A DNA stretch of 64,000 nt. Source: a bacterium. Lineage in GTDB: Bacteria; Bacillota_I; Bacilli_A; RFN20; CAG-826. This document shows positions 38,598 through 47,573 of this stretch, one piece after another. The notes beneath the pieces were generated by a model that did no database searches, was not told the origin of the DNA, and was given only the letters and a program-made list of their open reading frames with translations. The stretch covers positions 200,974 to 264,973 of the forward strand of contig CAVFKA010000010.1 of assembly GCA_963623195.1 (NCBI GenBank), written 5' to 3'. The position numbers were made by a program, and so were the translations under genes. Numbering within the stretch: the stretch's first letter is position 1; every line of letters starts with the position of its first letter.

Positions 38598-39487
38598 TAT
38601 TTAAAGCCAAAGAAACGTGCTATCCAAGAACGTTTTTCCTTAAAGTTTTTATCATCTTTATAAGCGTTTTCAATCGCTTGATGCATCATCAAAGCTGAGG
38701 AATACCTCTCTTCTGGCCTTTTCTTGCAGGCTTTGAGGATGATTTTATCTAACGATTGAGGAATCGAGGAGAGTCTTTTTGACGCTTCAGGGAATTTTTC
38801 TTTTATCTGTTTTACGGCAATTTCTTCCGATGTTGACGCATCAAACGGAACAGATCCGGTGAGGATTTCAAAGAAAAGCACGCCCATTGCATAAATATCT
38901 GAGGCAACAGATGGTTCCTTGCCCATTAAGACTTCTGGGGCGCAATAATAAACCGTTCCGCTTACGGAATTTCTATCTTGTATCGTTTTTCCGAGCTCAT
39001 CTTTAAATGAGGCAATGCCAAAATCTGTAATTTTAATTGACCCGTCGGCTAAATAGAATAAATTATCAGGTTTAATGTCGGAATGAATTATTCCATGATT
39101 ATGAATGTAAGAGACGCCTGAAGTTAACTGAAGCATTACTTCACATGCTTCAGCTGCTGAAAGATTGTGAGAGGCAGATATATTTAATTTGTCTCTTAGG
39201 GTCCTCCCTTCAACATATTCATTGGCCATATATGGGCGGTCTTCTATTATCCCTTGGCCTTCCCATTTGACAATATTTTGGTTATTAAGAGTTGAGGCAA
39301 TACGGCATTCATGGTTAAAACGCTCAATATTTTTAGGGTCGCCCATCATATCCTCTCTCATCACCTTGAGAGCTACGGCATGTCTTAAGACAATATCAAA
39401 AGCTTCGTATACATCGGCCATTCCACCATGGGCAATACGACCAACAATACGATAACGCTCATCTATAACATCGCCAATTTTAATCAT
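38597..39487 (-). CDS. Hanks-type Ser/Thr protein kinase, catalytic domain only (PrkC-like, no TM or PASTA)
   Basis: 296 aa. VALKVM (Lys), HSDIKPDN (HRD replaced by HSD), DFG, APE. The protein ends just after the kinase domain. Confidence 0.85.
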   Translation of the reverse strand: MIKIGDVIDERYRIVGRIAHGGMADVYEAFDIVLRHAVALKVMREDMMGDPKNIERFNHECRIASTLNNQNIVKWEGQGIIEDRPYMANEYVEGRTLRDKLNISASHNLSAAEACEVMLQLTSGVSYIHNHGIIHSDIKPDNLFYLADGSIKITDFGIASFKDELGKTIQDRNSVSGTVYYCAPEVLMGKEPSVASDIYAMGVLFFEILTGSVPFDASTSEEIAVKQIKEKFPEASKRLSSIPQSLDKIILKACKKRPEERYSSALMMHQAIENAYKDDKNFKEKRSWIARFFGFK

Positions 39488-40250
39488 TAGCTATGCACTC
39501 CCAAAGGGCAATACCAATATTGTCAGAACCGCCTTGATGATTAGCAACAGAGATTAAAGAGATGATCTTTTGATCAGTTCTTTCGTCAGTTGAGATGATA
39601 TTTGCGATTTCTTTTGCATCAAGGTTGTTATATAAGCCGTCTGAGCAAAGTAAAATTGTTTCACCTTTATATTGTCTTTCTTCTATTGAGACTGAAGATG
39701 AATTGTAAACACCCAATGCATTTGTTAAAACGTGGCGATCAGGATGTGTTTTAGCACCATCTTCGGTTAATTTTCCCGTTCTGACGAGATAATCTACGTA
39801 GGTTTGGTCTTTAGTTAGTTGTTCTAGAGATCCGTCTTTAAGCATGTAAGCGCGGGAATCGCCAATATTTGCGATAAGCAAGTGATTGTCGCTAATTAAG
39901 GCTGCGACCATTGTGCAACCCATGCCAATTGATTCGGTCTTTTTCTCGGCTTTTCTTAATTTTTCTGAAAGAGTGTAGATTTTTTTGTTTATTGATTTAC
40001 AAGTTTTTCTAAACCAGTTCTTATCGGCAAAAACAAATGTGTGTTTTTTCTTTTTCTTGAAGGCATCAGCTAAGAGATCGATAGCCATTTTAGAGGCGAC
40101 ATCTCCTTTTTCTGCTCCTCCCATTCCATCACACACGACCATGAAAACTTCATTGTCGGAATTCATGAGAATCAATGCTTGGTCTTCATTTGTTTTTCTG
40201 ACCATGCCTATATCAGTTTTATAAGCATATGTACCATGGTAATTGCTCAT
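39480..40250 (-). CDS. stp: PP2C-family Ser/Thr phosphatase
   Basis: 256 aa. TDIGMVRKTNEDQ, DGMGG and GGSDNI motifs. Overlaps the kinase gene. Confidence 0.9.
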   Translation of the reverse strand: MSNYHGTYAYKTDIGMVRKTNEDQALILMNSDNEVFMVVCDGMGGAEKGDVASKMAIDLLADAFKKKKKHTFVFADKNWFRKTCKSINKKIYTLSEKLRKAEKKTESIGMGCTMVAALISDNHLLIANIGDSRAYMLKDGSLEQLTKDQTYVDYLVRTGKLTEDGAKTHPDRHVLTNALGVYNSSSVSIEERQYKGETILLCSDGLYNNLDAKEIANIISTDERTDQKIISLISVANHQGGSDNIGIALWECIAND

Positions 40251-40251
40251 A

Positions 40252-41295
40252 TTATTTTTCTCCTTTTATCGTTTTAGCACGAAGTTGCCCACATGCCGCG
40301 TCTATGCCCGTTCCCCATTCTTTTCTTACGGTGCAATTAAGGCCGTGAGAATTCAAATACTCCGAGAAACGCTTGATATTTTCTTTAGGGCTTCTTTCAA
40401 AAGGCTTCTCTTTTACAGGATTAAGCGGAATAAGGTTTATGTAGCAGAATACGCCTTTTAGAAGTTCGACTAGTTCTTTTGCATGCTCAATTTGGTCATT
40501 GAGTCCTTTGATCATGATATATTCAAAAGTTACCCTTCTGCCGCTAATTTCGACATACTCTTTAACGGCTGGTATAAGTTCTTCTAGGGGGTAAGCGTTA
40601 TTCACTCTCATCAAGGATGAACGGATTTTATTGTTTGAAGCATGCAAGGAAATTGCCAAGTTGATTTGAATTCCTTCATTTGCATATTTCTTGATTCCTG
40701 GGATGATTCCGCAGGTGGAGACAGTTATGTGTCTAGCTCCAATCGCTAAGCCTTTTGCTTCATTCATGATATGAACGAAGGCGGAGACGTTATCATAGTT
40801 ATCAAATGGTTCACCAGTTCCCATAACTACTACATGGGATACGTTTTCGCCTACCTCATATAGTTTTTGGTTCATGACGATAACTTCTCCAACCATTTCG
40901 GCTGCAGAAAGAACGCGTTCTCTCTTTAAGAGACCGGAGGCACAAAATTCACAAGCCATAGGACAGCCGACTTCTGAAGAGACACAGATGGCATTGCCAT
41001 AATCGTAACGCATCAATACGGTTTCGACTTTGGCTCCATCTTCCATTTCCAAAAGAAGTTTGATTGTGCCATCGCTTGCCACTTGTTCAGTGTGAATGGT
41101 TGGCAAAGTAAGGCAATAATTCTCTTTTAAAGTCTCTCTGAAAGTCTTGGAGATGTCAGTCATCTCATCAAAATCATAGACTTTTTTGATATAGATCCAT
41201 GTGTAAAGCTGAGTGGCACGGAATTTCTTTTCTCCAAGAGACTCCATTTCTTCTTCGAGGGCTTTTAATGTATATCCGAATAAATTCTTCTTCAT
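40252..41295 (-). CDS. rlmN: 23S rRNA/tRNA adenine-C2 methyltransferase (radical SAM)
   Basis: 347 aa. CPMACEFCASG radical-SAM cluster motif and a C-terminal GIDAACGQL motif. Confidence 0.92.
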   Translation of the reverse strand: MKKNLFGYTLKALEEEMESLGEKKFRATQLYTWIYIKKVYDFDEMTDISKTFRETLKENYCLTLPTIHTEQVASDGTIKLLLEMEDGAKVETVLMRYDYGNAICVSSEVGCPMACEFCASGLLKRERVLSAAEMVGEVIVMNQKLYEVGENVSHVVVMGTGEPFDNYDNVSAFVHIMNEAKGLAIGARHITVSTCGIIPGIKKYANEGIQINLAISLHASNNKIRSSLMRVNNAYPLEELIPAVKEYVEISGRRVTFEYIMIKGLNDQIEHAKELVELLKGVFCYINLIPLNPVKEKPFERSPKENIKRFSEYLNSHGLNCTVRKEWGTGIDAACGQLRAKTIKGEK

Positions 41296-41297
41296 AT

Positions 41298-42632
41298 TTA
41301 TTTATTGTCTGCTAGTGCAGTCTTACTTGAATTGAAGGAATCTTTGCCGATGATGATATCGATTGGGGTTCCATTTGTTAATGAATTGTTGTCTTTATGC
41401 AAAACGGCATAGTAAACGGAAGTTTCTCCTTCATCAAATGGGTAACGTTGTTCTTCGCTAACGAAATGGAATTCTGGGTGATTTGCTAAGAAATCAACGA
41501 TTGTTTGATGGCCTTCTTTTTTAGAGATGGTGTAAATCATATAGATCAATGTTCCATCTTCTGCGACAAATTTAGCGCATTCGTTAAGGGTTTCTTTTTC
41601 TTTTGCGAATAATTCATCCATGCCGCCTTTATTGAAATGCATGAGATAATCTGGTTGTTCTCTGATCAAGTCGAAATTTGACGAATCAGGTGTGACAATA
41701 ACCAAGTCTTGGGGACGTGAAATAGAAACAATCAAGGAATCAACGCTAGATCCAAAGAAATTGACGTTCTTTAATTCTTTTTGGCGAATCAAACGGGTGA
41801 CGTCAGCATATTTATCAAGGGATGGGACTCCAAGGTTTATGCCAATTGATGAACCATAATGTTCGATTGCTTCTTTGAGGATTGCTGAATCAGCATTTCC
41901 ATTATAAATAAACAATTCTCTTGGTTCTTCGATCTCGTATTTATCAATTATTTCTTTGACTATTGGTTTTTCCTTGAAGATCGTTCCATCTTTGACAAGA
42001 GGGTTCTTACGGAGGGAGCTCTTTCCTTCATAAGTTAAGATTCCGTCGACGTTTGTTTTCTTGAAATCTGGGTATTCCTTAATGACGGTTTCCGGTAAGG
42101 TAACCGATGTTCTGACACGAACATGAGAAACAAAAGGACGGTTATTCTTTTTAAGAATCTTGTATGTTACGCCATAGCCAAAGTGCTCAAAGATTTTGAG
42201 AACCCATTCAGGCGTGTTAAAGCGTAAAGAAAGATAACGGTTTGTTTGCTTAGAAATATCTTCAGGGATAAATGGACCATCATTATCGGTCTTATCGAAA
42301 ATTGGTTGAAGCGATTTTAAACGTTCAGCATCAACTTTTTTGTTCAAAATGGCCATCGTTTCTTCTTTTGAAAGATGCTTATAGAAGCAAAGATTTGCCA
42401 AAGCAAGATAGACTGCGCGTTTTTCAGCAGGCAATAAATCTTGATGATCTTTTAAAAGATATTCGAATAAAAGGTGGTGGCGAAGTTCGCAGCCAACAAT
42501 TCCAGCAACAAAAGTACGCATTGGGCGAATTTTAACATCTGCTTGGAACACCTTTCTTAAAGCTTCGTTAAATTGGGTATCATTGACAATTATGTCTTCT
42601 AATATTTGTTCGGATAAATCAAATTCTTGCAT
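41298..42632 (-). CDS. RsmB/Sun-like protein lacking catalytic cysteines (predicted inactive m5C methyltransferase homolog)
   Basis: 444 aa at the conserved rsmB position. It aligns colinearly with the RsmB C-terminal catalytic region, but motif I (DLCAAPGGKT) reads FIYNGNADSA, motif IV (DAPCS) reads VTPDSS, and motif VI (TCS) reads YTIS. Confidence 0.7.
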   Translation of the reverse strand: MQEFDLSEQILEDIIVNDTQFNEALRKVFQADVKIRPMRTFVAGIVGCELRHHLLFEYLLKDHQDLLPAEKRAVYLALANLCFYKHLSKEETMAILNKKVDAERLKSLQPIFDKTDNDGPFIPEDISKQTNRYLSLRFNTPEWVLKIFEHFGYGVTYKILKKNNRPFVSHVRVRTSVTLPETVIKEYPDFKKTNVDGILTYEGKSSLRKNPLVKDGTIFKEKPIVKEIIDKYEIEEPRELFIYNGNADSAILKEAIEHYGSSIGINLGVPSLDKYADVTRLIRQKELKNVNFFGSSVDSLIVSISRPQDLVIVTPDSSNFDLIREQPDYLMHFNKGGMDELFAKEKETLNECAKFVAEDGTLIYMIYTISKKEGHQTIVDFLANHPEFHFVSEEQRYPFDEGETSVYYAVLHKDNNSLTNGTPIDIIIGKDSFNSSKTALADNK

Positions 42633-42644
42633 TGTAATCTCCTA

Positions 42645-43214
42645 TCATTTGGCTAACTTTGATAACTTATCAAGTTCTTCTAAATCTTTTTCGTGGCCTT
42701 CAAAGGCGTCGCCTAAATAAAGTTGTTCAGGATCGTCGTAATCTAGATCGGCTCTATCGCGTGGATCGCATTCATCAGACGAAGAGCATTCCTCATCATG
42801 ATGGTGTCCACATGAACATTCATGGTCATGATGTTCGTCTTCTTGAACTTCAGCACGAACGTTCTCTTCAGTTAAGAAACGTGGGTAGTCAGTATTTATA
42901 TGCTCGTATGTTTTACCCTCAGCTATATATTCAAAATTGATTTCGATATTAATCGTAAAATCTTTTAGGGTTTCGATTAGGTAATCGGCTAATTCATGTT
43001 CAAACATCTCATATTTTCTAGGGAGTTTGACATAAACTAAAGTGTTCCAGGAAGTTTGTTCAACCCCTGCATGAAATAAAAGAGATTCGTATGGAGAGTA
43101 GAAATTAATTTCTTCTTCACTTGTTTCCAAAAGATTGGCGATGTTTGCCGTATTATCTTTGGAGTAATGACCAACGACATATTGGTCTAAACCGAGAATT
43201 TGAATTGTAATCAT
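42645..43214 (-). CDS. Small acidic protein with His/Cys-rich metal-binding-like segment (DUF1904-like N-terminal domain, tentative)
   Basis: 189 aa. The central segment is EDEHHDHECSCGHHHDEECSSSDECD. Family assignment is by recollection only. Confidence 0.5.
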   Translation of the reverse strand: MITIQILGLDQYVVGHYSKDNTANIANLLETSEEEINFYSPYESLLFHAGVEQTSWNTLVYVKLPRKYEMFEHELADYLIETLKDFTINIEINFEYIAEGKTYEHINTDYPRFLTEENVRAEVQEDEHHDHECSCGHHHDEECSSSDECDPRDRADLDYDDPEQLYLGDAFEGHEKDLEELDKLSKLAK

Positions 43215-43285
43215 TGATTATTGTGTTTTCCTTCTGAAAAAGTATATCACATCTTCCTATAAGGAAGAATACTTTAGATTGAAAA

Positions 43286-45487
43286 TTAATAATCTAATGG
43301 GTCAACGTTGATTTTAATGTCGACTCCTGAAAGTCCATTGAAACGATTTACAAGTTCTTTCAATTCCTTAACGATTTGATCTCTTTGCTTGAATTTCAAG
43401 AGAAGAACTCTTCGATATTTTCCATTGTTTAATGAGTAGAAAGGCGTGATTGGTCCTACTATTTCTAGCTTATCTAGATTGAGGGATTGAAGATCTTTTT
43501 TAAGTTCATATGCAGCGCCTAAAGCCTTGTCTTCTGAAGTGCAGTTAAACTCCAAAGTAATCAGATTGTAGTATGGTGGATACTTCGTTATTTTCCTTTG
43601 TTTCATTTCTGTTATGAAAAAATTTTCATAATCTTGCTTCGCACCAAGTTTTATTGCGTAATGAGAAGGGTTAAATGTTTGAATAATCGCCTCACCGGTT
43701 TTCTCTGAACGACCGCTTCTTCCAACCGCTTGCGCTATTAATTGAAAGGTTCTTTCGGCCGCTCTATATGTAGGAAGAGCGAGACCTATATCAGCTAAGA
43801 CTACCGCACTTAAAGTTACGCTTGGAAAATCATGTCCTTTAGCAATCATTTGAGTTCCGACTAAAATATCATATTTTTCATTATGAAAATCCTTTAAAAT
43901 TTTTTCAACGTTTTTTGAAACTTTTGATACATCGGAGTCCATTCTGGCCACTTTGACACCTGGATAGAGGTCTTCTAATTCTTTTACGACCCTCTCTGTT
44001 CCGTAGCCAATTCTTCTCAATCTAGTGTTACCGCATTCTGGGCATTCTTCAGGATATTGGAGAACATACCCGCAATGATGGCACTTGAGCATATCATCTT
44101 CTTGGTGATAAGTGAGATTCCCTCCACAACTAGGGCAGGTAAAAATATGCCCACATTTAGGACAATTCACCCCTGTCCAGTAGCCACGTCTATTGATAAG
44201 CAAAAGAACTTGTTCTTTGTTTTCTAACTTCTCTTTTATCTTTTCTTGAAGAGGAATCGAGATTTTCTCACTATTTTTCGAGAAATTTCTACGGTCAGTC
44301 AAATCGATGATTCTTGTGAGAGGAAGAGCTTTCTTATTTACCCTTTCTTTCATTTCCGTATATCCGTACACGCCTTTAAAGGCGCGGGCTTTGGTTTCCA
44401 AGGATGGGGTTGCAGATCCTAAAAGAACTTTGCAATTTTCTTGTTTGCCACGCATTATGGCCACTTCTCTAGCGTGATAATATGGCGAGTTATCTTGCTT
44501 ATATGATTCGACGTGTTCTTCATCGAGTATAATCAAACCTATATTTTTGAGTGGAGCAAAGACGGCGCTGCGTGCACCAACGACTATTGAAGCGTCTCCT
44601 TTAGCTATTCTTCGGTATTCATCGTATCTTTCCGCTGGGGTTAACTCAGAATGCAAAATGGCAATTTTATTCCCAAATCTTCTTGAAAAATATTCAACCA
44701 TCCTAGGGGTCAGGTTGATTTCAGGAACCAACATCAAAACGGTTTTCCCTTCGGAGAATATCTTTTCGGACAAACGAAGATACACCTCCGTTTTTCCTGA
44801 GCCTGTGACGCCTTCTAGTAAAATAACTTTCTTGTCAGAGGATAAGATTTCTTCATAAGCCACCTTTTGTGATGGACTCATTTCATGAATTTCTTCCCTT
44901 TCGGAAATTGGAATTTGGTAACGCTCTTTCTCTTTTAAGAGTATACGTATCCTCTTCTTTTCGATCAGTTTCTCAACAATTGAGGGAGAACCTGCCTCTT
45001 TTTTAAGAATTGGAGAGTTTCTTGAGATAAGACGAAGTATCTCTATTTGTTTATCGGTTAGTCCTTCTTCAGATGGATCCAATATTTCTAAATATTTCTC
45101 ATAAGCAATTTTCGGGCCCTTAGATGATGACATCTTTGGCGAGAGGGAAAGTGGAAGCATTGTTTGAATAACCGAAATGAGCGGAGAAAAATAATAATCA
45201 GCCACTTCTTTAGCTAAAGAGAGCATTTCCTCATCCATCAAAGGTTCATTATCGACTATGTCTTCATCTTTTATTTCCTTTAGCGCATAGCCTTTTTCTT
45301 TTTCTATTTCTTCTTCGCTAAGATTTGTGTCGCTTATTGAAAGAACAAAACCCATGGCTATATGGCCGTTAAAATCTATTTTTATACGAAATCTAGGACC
45401 AATATTTCTATTCCCTTTGTATATATAGGAAAAAGTTCTATCCAATGACCTAGTTCCGTATTCAGTTAAAACATCTATTATCTTCAC
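43286..45487 (-). CDS. priA: Primosomal replication-restart helicase PriA
   Basis: 733 aa. Walker A GVTGSGKT, DEEH box, and a Cys-rich zinc-binding insertion (CPKCGHIFTCPSCGG...CHHCG...CPECG). Confidence 0.95.
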   Translation of the reverse strand: MKIIDVLTEYGTRSLDRTFSYIYKGNRNIGPRFRIKIDFNGHIAMGFVLSISDTNLSEEEIEKEKGYALKEIKDEDIVDNEPLMDEEMLSLAKEVADYYFSPLISVIQTMLPLSLSPKMSSSKGPKIAYEKYLEILDPSEEGLTDKQIEILRLISRNSPILKKEAGSPSIVEKLIEKKRIRILLKEKERYQIPISEREEIHEMSPSQKVAYEEILSSDKKVILLEGVTGSGKTEVYLRLSEKIFSEGKTVLMLVPEINLTPRMVEYFSRRFGNKIAILHSELTPAERYDEYRRIAKGDASIVVGARSAVFAPLKNIGLIILDEEHVESYKQDNSPYYHAREVAIMRGKQENCKVLLGSATPSLETKARAFKGVYGYTEMKERVNKKALPLTRIIDLTDRRNFSKNSEKISIPLQEKIKEKLENKEQVLLLINRRGYWTGVNCPKCGHIFTCPSCGGNLTYHQEDDMLKCHHCGYVLQYPEECPECGNTRLRRIGYGTERVVKELEDLYPGVKVARMDSDVSKVSKNVEKILKDFHNEKYDILVGTQMIAKGHDFPSVTLSAVVLADIGLALPTYRAAERTFQLIAQAVGRSGRSEKTGEAIIQTFNPSHYAIKLGAKQDYENFFITEMKQRKITKYPPYYNLITLEFNCTSEDKALGAAYELKKDLQSLNLDKLEIVGPITPFYSLNNGKYRRVLLLKFKQRDQIVKELKELVNRFNGLSGVDIKINVDPLDY

Positions 45488-45504
45488 AGAAATATTATAG
45501 CGTT

Positions 45505-46086
45505 TTATTGCTTGTTTGACTCATTCTTGATGATAGAAGCGATTTCAGAAGCACATCTATTCAAATCATCATTGGTGACGGAGTATTTGTAATCAGAGAC
45601 AAGAGAGAGCTCTTTGTTTGCTTGGGAAAGTCTTTTTGCGATCGTCTCTTCTGTTTCGGTTGATCTTCCACGTATTCTCTTTTCTAATTCATCGATTGAA
45701 GGTGGGAGAATGAAAATAGAGCAAACATCATCCTTTCCAACGGATTTCATTACTTGCTCAGCTCCATTAACGTCGATTTCTAAAAGAACGTTGTATCCTT
45801 TATTACGCATCTCCTCGACCTTTGCTTTTGGAGTGCCATAATAATTATTTACATATTGATTTGATTCTAAAAGTCCGCCATTATTCAATGTTTCAAGGAA
45901 TTTCTCTTTTGTGACAAAGAAATATTCACGACCGTCTTTTTCTCCAGGACGGATGTTTCTAGTTGTCATGGAAATGGAAAACCAAAGATTGAGTTCATTA
46001 TTCTCCATGATTTTTTGGCGAATGGTGCCTTTTCCTACGCCAGATGGCCCAGAAATAATAATAAGCAAACCTTTTCTCATGAACAT
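45505..46086 (-). CDS. gmk: Guanylate kinase
   Basis: 193 aa. SGPSGVGKGT P-loop. The true start may be the second ATG at 46080 (MRKGLLII); neither ATG has an SD. Confidence 0.92.
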   Translation of the reverse strand: MFMRKGLLIIISGPSGVGKGTIRQKIMENNELNLWFSISMTTRNIRPGEKDGREYFFVTKEKFLETLNNGGLLESNQYVNNYYGTPKAKVEEMRNKGYNVLLEIDVNGAEQVMKSVGKDDVCSIFILPPSIDELEKRIRGRSTETEETIAKRLSQANKELSLVSDYKYSVTNDDLNRCASEIASIIKNESNKQ

Positions 46087-46148
46087 TAATTTAACATTTT
46101 TTAATTATGTGAGCAATATTTCAATGTTTTTTCGGTATAATTTCTTTT

Positions 46149-47573
46149 ATGAAAAACAAAACATTATCTTCGAATGATTTAAAAATATATCTAGATGAAT
46201 TAAAAGACTCTTTAGTTGGGAGACATATCTCTTCCCCTACAATGTATTCGAAAGACTCTTTTATCTTTCATGTATCCGGAAAAGGTTATTCCAATCTTGT
46301 TATTTGCCTTGATGGAGAATTTCCACGTATTTATTTGACGGATTCTTTATTTGAAGGTTCCTCTTTGGAAGATAAATTTTACACCTTACTAAAGAAAGAG
46401 ATTTCCAATGCCTACATTGAAGAGATTTCTCAAATTAACGGGGACCGTGTATTAAAATTAACCTTCATTACAACAAATGTTGTTTTCAAAGAAGAAAGAA
46501 AATTCTTATATATCGAACTTCTTCCTCATCATCCAAATTTAATCTTAACCGACGAAGACAATATTATAATTTCTGCATATAAGGTTTCCTCTTTTGATAC
46601 AAAAAGACCGATCATGAGAGGATTGCATTACCTTCCATTGGAAAACTCCTTTGTTTCCGATAGCCCAAGCGATTTTAATTTGAAGGAATTCCAAGATTTT
46701 TGCAAAGAAAAAGAAAAGAGTATCTTCCAAAAAAGAAAGAATGAGAAGTTTGGATTTGCAATAACCCATTATAAAAACAGGAAAAAACTGCTTGAAAGAA
46801 AGATAAAATATCTTGAAAACGATCAAAAGGAAGCAAAATTGCATTTAGACGATTCTCAAAAAGGAGACGCAATATATATCTGTTATTCGTCACTTAGCAA
46901 TCGCCAAGGTTCATTCGAATATGAAGGTCTTAAGATAGAACTTGATCCATCTAAATCATTGTCTCAAAATGCTGAGCGATATTACAAGCGAAGCAAGAAA
47001 GCGAAAGAGACGATTTTGAACGCCGAAAAATTCCTTTCTGAAACAAGAAAAGAATTAGATAACGTTAACGATATTTTGTCATTAATTGATGTTGCAAATG
47101 AGAATTCGCTTGAGACATATGCTAATTTGCTAAAAATTCCTCAAGGAAAAAATAAGAAAAAAGATGAAAAAGATTCATGCGGATTATCTAGTGATTCCAT
47201 ACCATATTTCATCACTTACAAGGAAACTAAAATACTTTTTGGAAAGAGTGCAAAACAAAATACGTTCTTAACATTCATGTACGATACCTCTAAAGAACAT
47301 CTATGGTTCCATATAGCCGGGCGAAGCGGATCTCATGTCATCATCAAAAATGACAGCCCAAGCGATGATGAAATTAGGATTGCTTGCGAAATATGCTTAA
47401 TCAATTCAGGACAAAGTGACGGAGATATCACTTACACAAAAAGAAAGAACGTCAAAAAAGGCCACGTTTTAGGAGAGGCCATATTAAAAGAGGCAAAAAC
47501 AATTCATTTGAAAAAAGTATCAAACGAAACAGTCGAGCTTCTTAAAGAAGCAAAACGTATCAAATTGCGTTAG
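46149..47573 (+). CDS. rqcH: NFACT-family ribosome quality-control protein (RqcH / FbpA-like), short form
   Basis: 474 aa. NFACT-N-like N-terminus, a coiled-coil middle, and the C-terminal NFACT-R/DUF814 motif (WFHIAGRSGSHVII). Positionally equivalent to B. subtilis yloA. Confidence 0.75.
   Translation: MKNKTLSSNDLKIYLDELKDSLVGRHISSPTMYSKDSFIFHVSGKGYSNLVICLDGEFPRIYLTDSLFEGSSLEDKFYTLLKKEISNAYIEEISQINGDRVLKLTFITTNVVFKEERKFLYIELLPHHPNLILTDEDNIIISAYKVSSFDTKRPIMRGLHYLPLENSFVSDSPSDFNLKEFQDFCKEKEKSIFQKRKNEKFGFAITHYKNRKKLLERKIKYLENDQKEAKLHLDDSQKGDAIYICYSSLSNRQGSFEYEGLKIELDPSKSLSQNAERYYKRSKKAKETILNAEKFLSETRKELDNVNDILSLIDVANENSLETYANLLKIPQGKNKKKDEKDSCGLSSDSIPYFITYKETKILFGKSAKQNTFLTFMYDTSKEHLWFHIAGRSGSHVIIKNDSPSDDEIRIACEICLINSGQSDGDITYTKRKNVKKGHVLGEAILKEAKTIHLKKVSNETVELLKEAKRIKLR

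Noticed and set aside
47560-47573. A 14-nt convergent overlap of the rqcH and VanZ-like gene 3' ends, considered as a regulatory feature.
   Set aside because: Short convergent overlaps are common in compact genomes. No structure or motif is associated with this one, so it is noted only as a detail under the VanZ-like finding.
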